Shown: positions 7,027 through 17,780, counted from the stretch's first letter. The stretch: DNA of 64,000 nucleotides from Treponemataceae bacterium (GCA_024402495.1 JAKSTR010000002.1:16708-80707); one strand, 5' to 3'. A program made the numbers and translations. Notes: generated by a model not told the origin, from the sequence alone.

Positions 7027-10000
7027 TTGAATTTATCTAAAAAAGATAACCCGAAATTCAATTTTTCTAAAATAGCAAAAAAAGCACTTTCGCTTTTGCT
7101 ATGCATAACAAGCCTTGCAGCGTGTTCCAAAAATGCAAAGGCAAATGGCGTAAACAGCCAGCCCGGCGATTTTTACGTAATCAGCTGCGACCCGGCTGGA
7201 AAACTTCCTTCAGAAGTTCGGTTTCCTTCTATATATGTGCAGTTTTCTGAACCAGTAGTTGCACTTGAAAAACTTGGCGAACAAAGCGACAAGTCTGACG
7301 TTTTTTCAATTGAACCAAAAATTGACGGCGTTTTCAGATGGTATGGCACAAGCCTTCTGGCTTTTGAATGTGCCGATGCCGTTGTGCCGCAAATGGAATA
7401 CAAGGTAAAAGTTAACGGCAACCTGAAATCAATTAACGGTACCCAGTTAACGGGCGAAACCGAATATACTTTTACAACCGAAGAATTAAAAATTACAAAC
7501 TTTGTGCCCGGATATTCGGCACGCAAAGAAGAAAATACAATTTCAAGCGAAGATTATTACGATTATTATTATTCGTCTTACGGCAATTTGAACGATCTGG
7601 ATTTAACTTCTGCTGCGGATTTGGCTGTATTTTTCAATTACCCGGTAAATGCGTCGGTTACAGGTTCTTTTATTGAACTGCGCGATGAAACCGGCAAAGT
7701 TTACAAAACCGAAGCCAGCGCAATTGAAGGCGAAAACGCCCTGCTTGTAAAAGTTAAAGACACAATGCCGGAAAACACCGGTTTTCAGCTTGTGCTGAAA
7801 GAAGGCGCCTGTTCGGAAAAAGGCTTTTTAGGCAAAAGCGAAGAACAGATTAAAGAATTCCACACGTTAAAAACATTCACGTTTAATTATGCAGACAGCG
7901 ACCGGCGCAGTTACGGCAAGTACAGCAACCCGGTATTTTTATATTTCAGCCACCGCATAGACCCGAATGCGGCAGAATGGGTCAGCAAAAACGTAACGAC
8001 AAAGCCTTCAATGCCAGTCAGTGCCGAAAACGTAAGTATTTCGGGCAATTCGGTAATGATTCACAGTTTGCCTGTTAATTTTGAACAGACCTATACACTT
8101 TCGCTTGCAGCCGGCTTAAAAGATGCTTACGGTCGCGCCACCACATCTTCTGAAGAAATTGAAGTAACCGTGCCGAGTGCCGCAAGCATGGCAACTTTTA
8201 AAGATTACGGTCACGGCATTCTTGAAGCCCAGTTTGAACCGAAACTTGCATTTCAATACCAGAACATTCTGGACGGTTCTTATTACAGCGTAAATGGCGA
8301 AACCGTAAAATACGACGAAAGCAATGTACCTAAAAATACAAGGGTAACGGAAGTTGTAGACCTTGCGCCGTATTTGAAGAAAATTAAAGACCGCTATTTT
8401 GGTCACGTAAATTTTTCTGCAAATATTGTCGTTAAAGACAATTACGACCGCGACTATACGTATACCCACAATAACAGCCAGGTTATTCAGGTTACAAACC
8501 TAGGCGCAACCGTGCGTTACGCCTATAACAAGGCCGTTGTTATGGTTAACTATCTGGATACAGGCAAACCGGTTGCAAATGCAGATGTAGCCTTTCTGGT
8601 TGTTCCGGGCAACAAGAACAGCTGGATTGCTTCGATGGAAACAATCCTGAACGAAGTTTCCATGTTTGACAAAGATTACCGCGGCTACGATTTTACGCCG
8701 ATGGGAATTGCCAGAACCGACGCAAACGGTCTTGCCGTAATTGATTTTGCCGAAACTGAAAAATTTTCAACGCTGGCGGATAAACGAGGCGCACCGATTA
8801 CGCTGGGCGACATTATGGGCGATAACCGCCACTACGGCTATACGCCTGTCATTGAGGTTTCATGCGAAGGCGACCGTCTGGTATTCAACCCGGACATTAC
8901 CTATATGTGGTCTACCGGCGCAAATTATTGCCGCGACGCAACCCACGGCGACGCACAAATTACCAAAACATTCCTTTTTACAGACCGCGGCTTGTACAAA
9001 CCGGGCGAAAAACTTTCGTTCCGCGGAGTTGACCGCGACTTGAAGCTTAGCCAGTACAGTGCATACACCGGCGCTTATACTTTGACCGTAAGGGAAAGCC
9101 GCTGGCAGGGCAAGGAAATTTACAATACCAAAGGAACCTGTACCAAAAACGGAAGCTTCTGGGGCAGCATTCGTTTGCCGCAAGACCTTGAACCGGGCAG
9201 TTACGAAATTGTATACGAACGCGCCGGTACAAACGAGCGCATGTACGAATATTTTACGGTTGCATATTTTGAACGCCTGCGTTTTTCTGCCAGCGCCAGT
9301 ATTGCAGACCAGACCTACGTGCGCGGCGACCGTGTAGACGCAACCGTAAACGCCGAATATCTTGGCGGCGGCAGTTTGGGCGGCTGCAACTTTACCGCTT
9401 CGTGGTTCCGCGAACCAACTTATTTCCGCATCAGCAAACCCGAATTTGCAGAATGGCGCTTCGGTCCTGTTCAGGGTTACGACAACCGTTCGTTCCTTGG
9501 GCGCGAAACCGGCGTTTTGGGCAGCAACGGCAGCGGCAGCGTCAGCACAACCAGCGGCAGCGAACAGCTGAAAGGCATGGCGTACCAGTACCGTACCGAA
9601 ATGCGCGTAAGCGATTCTGCCGGGCAGGAAATTAGTGCCAGCGCAAGCACAGTCGTTCACCCGGCGGCTTTTTATATTGGTTTAAGCCCTGCAAAAAATC
9701 TTGCCGGTTTTGCGACCAAAGGCAAGGAACTTGACTTTGATTTCAAGCTTGTACAGCCAAACGGAAACGCTCCGCTGGACAACCAGCTGCCGGCAAAAAA
9801 GGCTGATAAAAAAATCAAGCTGGAACTTTTGCGCGAAAACTGGAAAATCGTTCAGCAGATGGGCATTGGCGGCACAATCAATACCCGCTACGTAAAAGAA
9901 ATGGTAAACGAAATTACCAGAGACATTGATTTGCAGAACGCGGGTTCATTCAATTTTACCGTGCCGAAAGGCGGTGCCTATATTCTTCGCCTTTCTACCA

Positions 10001-12975
10001 CAGACCGCAAAGGCAACGATGTTGTTACCGAACGGCGTTTTTATGCAAGCGGCAGCGAATGGCGCTATTTTGGCAACCAGAGCGAAGAAATTAAGCTTAT
10101 TTGCGACAAAGATGAATACGCCGAAGGCGATACCGCAAAAATCATGCTGCAAAGCCCTATTGAAAAGGGAACATATTTAATCACCGTAGAACGCGATTCT
10201 ATTATCAGTCAGGAAGTCCGTACTTTTGACCAGAGCGTAAGCATTATTGATTTGCCGGTTAAGGCAGAATATCTGCCGGTTGTTTATGTTACAGTTTCAA
10301 GCTTTTCGCTGCGCAGCGGTGAACCGGCTGAAGATTACGACAGCCCTGACCTTAACAAACCGAAAGGCTATTTTGGCGTTGCGCCGGTACACGTAAATAC
10401 CGAAGGCAAATCAATGGATCTGGCTATCAGCACCGACAAGCCTTCTTACAAGCCGGGCGAAAAAGCCACTGTTTCATTAAAAGTTTCACGCGGCGGCGTA
10501 CCGGTGGAAGGCGCTGAACTTTCGTTTATGGCGGTAGACCGCGGCGTAATTGACCTGATTGATTACCACGTTCCCGATCCGATGAAGTTTTTCTACAGCG
10601 AAAGCTGCTTCCCGCTGAGCTGTAACGGCGGCGACAGCCGTTCACTTTTGATTGACCCGGTACGCTATGCGGCTAAAAATCTTTTTGGCGGCGATGCAGA
10701 AAGCGACGATGACAAAATGAACGAGCGCAAAAACTTTGACCCGACTGCGATTTTTGAACCTTGCATCATAACCGACGCAAACGGTATTGCAAAAGCCGAA
10801 TTTAACTGGCCGGATACTTTGACGACATACCGCATGACCGCGTTTGGCGTTAAAGACGACCATTTTGCAGTTAAAGAAAGCGAAATCAATGTCGCAAACC
10901 CTATTTCGGTACGCGAAGTTTTGCCGCGGCGTTTGCGCGTTGGCGATATCAGCGAAGCCGGCGTTGTAATTTCTAACCTTGAAGCAAGTGCGCAGAACGT
11001 TACTGTTTCAATGGAAGTTTTTGAAGGCATCGAAAAATCCGGTCAGCCGGCGGAAGTAGACGGAATTGTTAAACAGCCGGGTTTTGCCCGCATGATTGGC
11101 AAAACTGAAGAAACTGTAAAAGTTGGCGCAAATACAACGCTTCCTGTAATGTTCCCGTTTGAAGCACAAAACGACGGTTTTATTACCGTTCAGTTTACGG
11201 TTAAATCAAGCCTTGTAAACGAACGCATATTGAAGCCTTTGCAGATTGACCGCCCGATTATTTACGAAACCGTTGTTACCACCGGCGAAACCGGCGATGA
11301 CAAGCAGGCTTTTGCAAAAGAACAGGTAAAACTTCCGCAGGTTTTTGATAAATCTTACGGAACTTTGTCGCTGACCCTGGATGCAACACGCCTTGGCGTT
11401 CTTAAAGAAGCCGTAAACTATTGTTTCAGATACCCATACGGCTGTCTGGAACAGCGCAGCAGTGCAATTTTGCCGCTTGTTCTTTTCAGCGATTACATCA
11501 AGGCGTTTGACCTTAACAGCGAAGTTAAGAACCCTAAAAAAGTAATTGAAAAGGAAATTAAGGACTGGGGAAAATATCAGAAATCAAGCGGCGCATTCCC
11601 GTACTGGCCAAGCGGCTATTACGAAAGCCTGCCTGTTACCCTGCGCATTGCAGAAATTGTAGGCATTGCCCAAAGCAAAGGCTATTCTACAAACGCAATC
11701 AACACGCGCAGTCTTTTTCAGTATATCGAAGCCCAGATTGACGCAGAACTTGCAAAAGAACATCCGAATACGGCAATGCTCGCCTATGCAAGCTATGTTT
11801 TAACCGGTTTTGAAAGCAAAAACCTGAAACAGCTTTATGCAGAATCTGAAGTAATAAAAGATGCCTTGACCATGGTAGGAAAGGCTGAAAAAGCTTCAAT
11901 CAGCGATATGTGTTTTGCGGCTTTGGCTTATAAAAAACTTAACAACAACGTAAAAGCCTTGGATTTGCTTAAACAGGTTCAGGGTTACTTTAAGCCGACA
12001 ACCCGCGGTCTTGATATTACCGACCCGGCAAGATGTTCTTACTGGTACTGGTTTGGCGGCAACAGCGACGCATATTCTGCGGCACTTAAAGCTTATTCCG
12101 TAATTAACCCGGAAAGCGACTATTTAGGCCGTCTGGTATTTGAACTTTTGCAGATTCAGAAAGCCAGCCGCGGATACTGGCGCAGTACCGCAAGCACCGC
12201 CCGCGTTCTGGACGGTTTTGCAACTTATATTGAAGCCCTGAACCTTGAAAAAACTGATTTTACGGCAGAAGCTTTGATTGCCGGTAAAAGCGTGGAAGTT
12301 AACAAGTTTAAGGGTCTTGGTGCAGAACCGGTTACCAAAACTTTTGCCTTTAACGACAATGCTTTTGACGGAATTGCGGAAAACACCGCTTTTGATGTTG
12401 AGTTCAGCAAAAAAGGCACGGGCAATTTGTTCTATACAATGGTTCTTAAATATCCGCTTTGGGCAAACGAAATGACAGCCCGCGACGAAGGTTTGTGTGT
12501 ATTTATGGAATACGTTGATATAGAAACAGGAAAAACCGTTGCCGCGGATAAGCTGGAAAGCGGAAAAACATACAAAGCCAAAGTTATGGTAAGTTCTACC
12601 AAAGACCGCACCTTTGTTGCCTTGCGCGCGCCAATTCCAGCCGGATGCGAAGTTTTGAATGCGGCGTTTGTTACCACCGGTACTTATTCAGACTACGCAG
12701 AAGAAACCAAAGAAAGCAGTGATGATTATTACGATGATTACTACTACTACGATGACGATTACGGTTATTCGTTCAACATGCTTTCTAACCAGACCATTTA
12801 CGACAACGAAGTTCAGTACTTCTGGGACGATTTCCCGCGCGGACGCCAGAGCGTAGACTTCCTGTTCCGTGCAGTGCGCAAAGGTACTTACCAGACACCA
12901 AGCGCAACAGTTGAATGTATGTACGAACCGGAAATCTTTGGACGGTCTGCCGGTAAAGTTTGGAAAGTTGAATAA
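7027..12975 (+). CDS. bacterial alpha-2-macroglobulin-family lipoprotein with thioester site
   Basis: 1982 aa. TTG start with SD GAGGAGGGG. Lipobox LAAC. Thioester motif GCLEQ at 11440-11454. Followed by pbpC. Confidence 0.9.
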   Translation: MNLSKKDNPKFNFSKIAKKALSLLLCITSLAACSKNAKANGVNSQPGDFYVISCDPAGKLPSEVRFPSIYVQFSEPVVALEKLGEQSDKSDVFSIEPKIDGVFRWYGTSLLAFECADAVVPQMEYKVKVNGNLKSINGTQLTGETEYTFTTEELKITNFVPGYSARKEENTISSEDYYDYYYSSYGNLNDLDLTSAADLAVFFNYPVNASVTGSFIELRDETGKVYKTEASAIEGENALLVKVKDTMPENTGFQLVLKEGACSEKGFLGKSEEQIKEFHTLKTFTFNYADSDRRSYGKYSNPVFLYFSHRIDPNAAEWVSKNVTTKPSMPVSAENVSISGNSVMIHSLPVNFEQTYTLSLAAGLKDAYGRATTSSEEIEVTVPSAASMATFKDYGHGILEAQFEPKLAFQYQNILDGSYYSVNGETVKYDESNVPKNTRVTEVVDLAPYLKKIKDRYFGHVNFSANIVVKDNYDRDYTYTHNNSQVIQVTNLGATVRYAYNKAVVMVNYLDTGKPVANADVAFLVVPGNKNSWIASMETILNEVSMFDKDYRGYDFTPMGIARTDANGLAVIDFAETEKFSTLADKRGAPITLGDIMGDNRHYGYTPVIEVSCEGDRLVFNPDITYMWSTGANYCRDATHGDAQITKTFLFTDRGLYKPGEKLSFRGVDRDLKLSQYSAYTGAYTLTVRESRWQGKEIYNTKGTCTKNGSFWGSIRLPQDLEPGSYEIVYERAGTNERMYEYFTVAYFERLRFSASASIADQTYVRGDRVDATVNAEYLGGGSLGGCNFTASWFREPTYFRISKPEFAEWRFGPVQGYDNRSFLGRETGVLGSNGSGSVSTTSGSEQLKGMAYQYRTEMRVSDSAGQEISASASTVVHPAAFYIGLSPAKNLAGFATKGKELDFDFKLVQPNGNAPLDNQLPAKKADKKIKLELLRENWKIVQQMGIGGTINTRYVKEMVNEITRDIDLQNAGSFNFTVPKGGAYILRLSTTDRKGNDVVTERRFYASGSEWRYFGNQSEEIKLICDKDEYAEGDTAKIMLQSPIEKGTYLITVERDSIISQEVRTFDQSVSIIDLPVKAEYLPVVYVTVSSFSLRSGEPAEDYDSPDLNKPKGYFGVAPVHVNTEGKSMDLAISTDKPSYKPGEKATVSLKVSRGGVPVEGAELSFMAVDRGVIDLIDYHVPDPMKFFYSESCFPLSCNGGDSRSLLIDPVRYAAKNLFGGDAESDDDKMNERKNFDPTAIFEPCIITDANGIAKAEFNWPDTLTTYRMTAFGVKDDHFAVKESEINVANPISVREVLPRRLRVGDISEAGVVISNLEASAQNVTVSMEVFEGIEKSGQPAEVDGIVKQPGFARMIGKTEETVKVGANTTLPVMFPFEAQNDGFITVQFTVKSSLVNERILKPLQIDRPIIYETVVTTGETGDDKQAFAKEQVKLPQVFDKSYGTLSLTLDATRLGVLKEAVNYCFRYPYGCLEQRSSAILPLVLFSDYIKAFDLNSEVKNPKKVIEKEIKDWGKYQKSSGAFPYWPSGYYESLPVTLRIAEIVGIAQSKGYSTNAINTRSLFQYIEAQIDAELAKEHPNTAMLAYASYVLTGFESKNLKQLYAESEVIKDALTMVGKAEKASISDMCFAALAYKKLNNNVKALDLLKQVQGYFKPTTRGLDITDPARCSYWYWFGGNSDAYSAALKAYSVINPESDYLGRLVFELLQIQKASRGYWRSTASTARVLDGFATYIEALNLEKTDFTAEALIAGKSVEVNKFKGLGAEPVTKTFAFNDNAFDGIAENTAFDVEFSKKGTGNLFYTMVLKYPLWANEMTARDEGLCVFMEYVDIETGKTVAADKLESGKTYKAKVMVSSTKDRTFVALRAPIPAGCEVLNAAFVTTGTYSDYAEETKESSDDYYDDYYYYDDDYGYSFNMLSNQTIYDNEVQYFWDDFPRGRQSVDFLFRAVRKGTYQTPSATVECMYEPEIFGRSAGKVWKVE

Positions 12976-12977
12976 AA

Positions 12978-13054
12978 GTTAAAAGCCGGGTTTTTCAGAA
13001 TCAGATTTCAGAACAAGTCTGGAATGAAGGTTTTCTAAAAGCCCGGCTTTTAAC
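12978..13054. repeat. 13-bp perfect inverted repeat spanning a 51-nt loop just after the A2M stop (terminator-like)
   Basis: GTTAAAAGCCGGG (12978-12990) pairs with CCCGGCTTTTAAC (13042-13054). No clean T-run follows. Confidence 0.45.
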
Positions 13055-13206
13055 CATAAAACCTGTGACCGATATTTTTTAGCGCTCCGGCATTTTTTCA
13101 GTTTGCCGGGGCGTTAAAAATTTTTCAATTTTGAAAATGCAGAACGACCGCGGATATTTGTACCGCGCTTTGTTTTGTAAAAGTTCATAAAAACCCTTAA
13201 AATATT

Positions 13207-15489
13207 TTGAAAAAATTATTTAATACCGCCAGAATGCCAGAAATCTTACAAAAAATTCCGCCTGTACCGGCTTTTTTTAGCAGAATATTAAAAATTATTT
13301 TTGTTCTTGCCGCAGTTTTTCTGGTATTTTGGCTAAGCCTTTTAATCATTCCTTTTAAGCCCCTTAACCGGTTTATAAACCGCCCGTGCAGCACCCGTTT
13401 TTACGACCGCAACGGAATTCTTCTGCAAATTAGCAGCGTGGACGACGGATTGCGCCGGGAATGGACGGATCTGGAAAAAATTCCCCAGTCTGTGCAGCAG
13501 GCATTTATTGAAGCCGAAGACAAAAACTTTTACCGCCATCACGGCGTTGACATTCTGGCAATTTTCAGGGCGCTTGGGCAAAATACCAGGGCACAAAGCC
13601 GGGTAAGCGGCGCTTCTACCATTACAATGCAGCTGGCGCGAATGGTTGTGCCCCGGCAGTCGGCAAATGTAACGCTTTGGCAAAAAATGAAGGAAACTTT
13701 TAACGCCCTGCGCATTGAAGCCAAATTGAGCAAAAAGCAGATTCTGGAACTTTATTTGAACAATGTGCCCTTTGGTTTTAGAACTGAAGGCGTTACAAGT
13801 GCGGCGCGTAATTTTTACGGCGTGCAGTTGCACCAGCTTTCTTTTGAACAGATTGAAACGCTGGCGCTTTTTCCGCGCCGACCTGCAACTTATATACAGA
13901 AAGTGCCCGGTGCCGCCGTATTTGAATACCCGAACAATGCGCCGCATTTTGTAAACTTTGTAAAAAATCTGTACGCCGGCAATTTGGGCGGCAATTTTCA
14001 GATAGATTTAACCGGTAAAAAAACTGGCGCAAATGCAAAAAAAGCAAATTATACCCGGCTTCCTCCGGATTTGTATCTTTCAATTGACCTGCCGCTAACC
14101 GAAGAATGCCGGAGCCGGCTTTTTCAGACCAGCCTGGATTACAAAACGGCGCGAATTAACGACGGCGCGGCATTTTTGATTGACAATATTACCGGCGAAA
14201 TTCTGGTCTGGTGCGGCGGTACAGATTTTGACCGCGCCGATAACGGTCAGGTTGACGGCGTTCTTGCCAGAAACCAGACCGGCAGTTCTACCAAGCCTTT
14301 TTTATACGCCGCGGCTTTGCAGAACGGCTTTTATCCGGCTTCCGTTTTGCCGGATGTACCGATGGATTTTGGCACGGATCAGGTTTATGTGCCGCAGAAT
14401 TTCAACAACCGCTTTAACGGTCCGCAGCTTTTCCGCACCTGCCTTGCTTCCAGCCTCAACATTCCGGCGGTTTTTTTGCTTTACCGTCTGGGCGTTGATC
14501 AGTATTGCCGGGTTTTGGACAGTCTGGGGCTTTTTTCTATTAAAAACCAGCGCGAAAATCTGGGCTTGTCTTTGGCGCTGGGGGCTGGCGAAGTTAGCCT
14601 TTACGAATTGGGCAGGGCGTTCAGCGTTTTTAGCCGCGACGGTACCGTGCCCAAATTAACGATTTTTGCCCAAAAGCCCGGCTACAAAACCGGCGTTTTA
14701 AGCGAAGTTTTTACCAAAGACACCAGCCGCATTGTCTGCAACATGCTTTCGGATTATGACGCCCGGGCGCTGGGTTTTGGTTTTTCCAAAATATTTGATA
14801 CGCCGTATCCGGCAATTTTCAAAACCGGCACGTCGAATCAGTTTCAGAATATTGTGGCGCTTGGCGCAACGCCCAGATATACCGCCGCGGTTTGGATGGG
14901 CAATTTAAGCGGCGAAACCGTTATCGGCGAAACGGGCAGTTCTATTCCGGCTAAAATCGTGCGTTTTTTGCTGGACAGCCTGCAAAAAAAAGGCGAAAAG
15001 CCCGAATTTATGCCGCCGGAACAGTTTGAAAAACGCCGTATCTGCGCTTTAAGCGGCATGGGCGCAGGCAAAAGCTGTCCGGCGGCTACAGCTGAATATG
15101 TAAGAAAAGGCGAAAAAATTGAAAAATGCAGCTGGCATTATATTGATGCAGGCGGCAAAGTGCAGGTTAAATACCCTAACGAATATCAGCGCTGGCTTGG
15201 CGGCAAGAACATGAACGGCGAACTTAAATTTGAAGGCCGTTTCAGGTTTTTGTATCCGCTGAACGGCGCGGTTTTTGTTTACGATTCTTCTTTAAGCCGG
15301 AACGAACAGCAGCTGCGCATCGATTTGCTTGGCGGCAATGAAGAAACGGCGGAATTGTTTTGCGACGGTGTTTCTATCGGTATAAAAAGCAGGCCGTTTT
15401 CGTGGTATTTGCCGCTTAATCCCGGCGTGCACCAGTTGCAGGCTTATTGCGGTACTGCCACCGACGCGATAACGATTACCATAAAATAG
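13207..15489 (+). CDS. pbpC: penicillin-binding protein 1C (bifunctional transglycosylase/transpeptidase)
   Basis: GT51 motif EDKNFYRHHGVD. Transpeptidase motifs SSTKP (SxxK) and KTGTS. TTG 13207 or ATG 13234 could be the start. Sits immediately downstream of the A2M gene. Confidence 0.88.
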   Translation: MKKLFNTARMPEILQKIPPVPAFFSRILKIIFVLAAVFLVFWLSLLIIPFKPLNRFINRPCSTRFYDRNGILLQISSVDDGLRREWTDLEKIPQSVQQAFIEAEDKNFYRHHGVDILAIFRALGQNTRAQSRVSGASTITMQLARMVVPRQSANVTLWQKMKETFNALRIEAKLSKKQILELYLNNVPFGFRTEGVTSAARNFYGVQLHQLSFEQIETLALFPRRPATYIQKVPGAAVFEYPNNAPHFVNFVKNLYAGNLGGNFQIDLTGKKTGANAKKANYTRLPPDLYLSIDLPLTEECRSRLFQTSLDYKTARINDGAAFLIDNITGEILVWCGGTDFDRADNGQVDGVLARNQTGSSTKPFLYAAALQNGFYPASVLPDVPMDFGTDQVYVPQNFNNRFNGPQLFRTCLASSLNIPAVFLLYRLGVDQYCRVLDSLGLFSIKNQRENLGLSLALGAGEVSLYELGRAFSVFSRDGTVPKLTIFAQKPGYKTGVLSEVFTKDTSRIVCNMLSDYDARALGFGFSKIFDTPYPAIFKTGTSNQFQNIVALGATPRYTAAVWMGNLSGETVIGETGSSIPAKIVRFLLDSLQKKGEKPEFMPPEQFEKRRICALSGMGAGKSCPAATAEYVRKGEKIEKCSWHYIDAGGKVQVKYPNEYQRWLGGKNMNGELKFEGRFRFLYPLNGAVFVYDSSLSRNEQQLRIDLLGGNEETAELFCDGVSIGIKSRPFSWYLPLNPGVHQLQAYCGTATDAITITIK

Positions 15490-15573
15490 TGCGGAACATT
15501 TTGCGTCTGTAAGGCATAAAGCCGTAAAGAACGATTAAGACGCGTCATTCCAAACTGCAATAATGCAATAAAA

Positions 15574-15622
15574 ACGCCCTGAAACACGCAGTAAAATGCG
15601 GTCTTCAGGGCGTTTATTTTTT
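15574..15622. terminator. bidirectional terminator between pbpC and lgt
   Basis: 10-bp stem ACGCCCTGAA / TTCAGGGCGT, followed by TTATTTTTT and preceded by AATAAAA. Confidence 0.7.
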
Positions 15623-15633
15623 CAGCTGTTGGG

Positions 15634-16611
15634 TTACTGCTTTTTAGATTTTTTGCTGTAAAGCCAGCACAAAAACATGCCCAGCAGACTGGCGGCAATC
15701 ATGCCGAGGCACAGAATTTGCCCGGTAGAAATGTTAAAAACCGAAACATTAAAATAAATCGGCGAATCGGGCTGTGCCGCAATGCGGTAACCCAAATCGC
15801 TGTCCGGCTCTCTAAAATATTCAATTATAAAGCGGAAAAAACCGTAGCCGCCGGTATACAGACAGGCAAAAAAACCGTCAAAAGGTTTTTTGCGGCGCAA
15901 AAGCCACAGTATCAGCCACAATACAACGCCTTCAAAAAAAGCTTCGTACAGCTGGCTTGGGTGTCGCGGCAAATTTACCAGCGTCTGGTTTTCTGCAACT
16001 TTTATGCCGCAAACGTTTACAATCGTTTTCACCCAGTCCAGGCTGAGCGAATATTTTTCGGCATCCGGAAAAATCATTCCCCACGGCACGGTGGTAATTC
16101 TTCCGTAAAGTTCGCCGTTAAAAAAGTTGCCCAGCCGCCCAAAGGTAAAACCCAGCGGAATGGAAACGCACATTACGTCAATCCATTTAAGTGCCGGCTG
16201 TTTTTTTACAAAGCACCATAGCAGCATGCCGAACAAGCCGCCAATCCAGCCGCCGTGGTACGACATTCCGGCATAGCCCGTAAAATTACCGTATTCGTCA
16301 AAGGGCACAAAAATGCGCAGCGGATGCTGCCAGTAATAGAGGGTCGGGTCGTAAACGAGGGTGTAAAAAATGCGCGCGCCAAGCACCAGACAAATTATTC
16401 CGCACAAAAAAAAGCTGTAAATTTCGTCAGCCGCGGTTTCTTCGTCTTTAAAGGTAAGCGCGCCTTCTTTTACCTGCCTGCTGAAAACAAAATAGGCTGT
16501 ACCGAATGCAAAAACGTACATCAATCCGTACCAGCGCAAATGTTCCAAAAACGGCACACCGGGAAAAATCGACGGATTTATCCATGCTGGATAATTTATA
16601 AATAAAGGCAT
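15634..16611 (-). CDS. lgt: prolipoprotein diacylglyceryl transferase
   Basis: 325-aa polytopic membrane protein with the Lgt signature HPSQLYE. SD AAGGAA. Confidence 0.9.
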   Translation of the reverse strand: MPLFINYPAWINPSIFPGVPFLEHLRWYGLMYVFAFGTAYFVFSRQVKEGALTFKDEETAADEIYSFFLCGIICLVLGARIFYTLVYDPTLYYWQHPLRIFVPFDEYGNFTGYAGMSYHGGWIGGLFGMLLWCFVKKQPALKWIDVMCVSIPLGFTFGRLGNFFNGELYGRITTVPWGMIFPDAEKYSLSLDWVKTIVNVCGIKVAENQTLVNLPRHPSQLYEAFFEGVVLWLILWLLRRKKPFDGFFACLYTGGYGFFRFIIEYFREPDSDLGYRIAAQPDSPIYFNVSVFNISTGQILCLGMIAASLLGMFLCWLYSKKSKKQ

Positions 16612-16643
16612 GAAAATTCCTTGTTATCGTTATTTTTTTAGCG

Positions 16644-17780
16644 TTAAAACCTGAAACCCTGTTCGCTGGCTTTTACAATCTTGCGTTTCAGCAGATTGTT
16701 TTCTTTTTTAAGCTGGGTAATTTCGTACTGCTGTGCCTTGATAACTTCTGCAACGTCGCCCATCGTTAAAGTACCAGTACCAATAAGGTCTTCAATATAG
16801 CTCATTTTGTTTTCAAAATCGGCAATTGCCTGTTCTTCGGCATTTGTAAAGCTTTCCTGGCTTGCAACAAGATAATCGTCAAAGGTCAAAGTTTCGCTTA
16901 CGCGCACGCGTTCTGCAATGCGGTAAATGCCCTGGGCAAGTACAGACTGCGGCTTGTAAACAATAACCGGCAGGCGCGAAGCCAGCGCAATGTCCTGCAC
17001 CATGTCGCGGCAAATTACGCCGATATGCTCAAGTTCCAGACCGAGGTATTCCTTGCAGGAACGGCGGATTTTCTGCGCTTTGTCAACGTCGGCAGGGTTG
17101 TCAATCATGTTAAGGACAAGGCGCGGACGGAATTTCTGCATGCGCCGGCGGAAAAGTGCCGTGCTTTCCGGGTCAACCTGATCCAGTGCGTCCAGAAGTT
17201 TCGGTATGTAAAGTTTCTGCATTGCCGAAGAATCGCCCTTAAGTTTTTCAAGATAGGCGTAAGCCCGGCTGTCTTTTTTGAAAGAATTGTACATCATGCG
17301 GAAAACCGCATTTTTCAGGAACAGATAGCCGTCCAGAATTGAAGTAACTGTCGGGGCTGTTACAAGAATTCCCTGCGGCGAAAGCAGGAAAAAGTCGAGG
17401 ATGCTTAAGTGCGTACCGGCACCAAGGTCAATAAGCAGAAAGTCGCAGTTGGTTGCCTGCAAATGTTTTATAAGCATATTTTTCTGCGCTGCTTTTATGG
17501 TAGACATTCCCGGAATTTCTGAATCTCCGGGGATAAACGAAAGATTTGCGTAATCTGTCGGTACGATTATTTCTTCAAATTTAGAATTGCCGCTTAAAAA
17601 AGTGCCCAACCCGGCTTTTGGCGACTGGTGACCAAGAACAAGGTGCAGGTTAGAAGCGCCCAAGTCCATGTCTACAAGCACAACTTTTTTACCAGACTGA
17701 GCAAGTGCAATGGCAAGGTTTGCCGAAACGAGACTTTTGCCTACGCCGCCTTTGCCGCTTGCAATAGGAATGATTTGCAT
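16644..17780 (-). CDS. MinD/ParA/FlhG-superfamily P-loop ATPase with a C-terminal coiled-coil extension
   Basis: Deviant Walker A SGKGGVGKS at the N-terminus. 378 aa. No min or flh partner genes are nearby. Confidence 0.8.
   Translation of the reverse strand: MQIIPIASGKGGVGKSLVSANLAIALAQSGKKVVLVDMDLGASNLHLVLGHQSPKAGLGTFLSGNSKFEEIIVPTDYANLSFIPGDSEIPGMSTIKAAQKNMLIKHLQATNCDFLLIDLGAGTHLSILDFFLLSPQGILVTAPTVTSILDGYLFLKNAVFRMMYNSFKKDSRAYAYLEKLKGDSSAMQKLYIPKLLDALDQVDPESTALFRRRMQKFRPRLVLNMIDNPADVDKAQKIRRSCKEYLGLELEHIGVICRDMVQDIALASRLPVIVYKPQSVLAQGIYRIAERVRVSETLTFDDYLVASQESFTNAEEQAIADFENKMSYIEDLIGTGTLTMGDVAEVIKAQQYEITQLKKENNLLKRKIVKASEQGFRF

Noticed and set aside
6999-7040. 13-codon mini-ORF (MKKNKRRGNFEFI) overlapping the alpha-2-macroglobulin start
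   Set aside because: It has no SD of its own. The strong GAGGAGGGG inside it is positioned to serve the TTG at 7027. It is probably fortuitous, though a regulatory uORF cannot be excluded.
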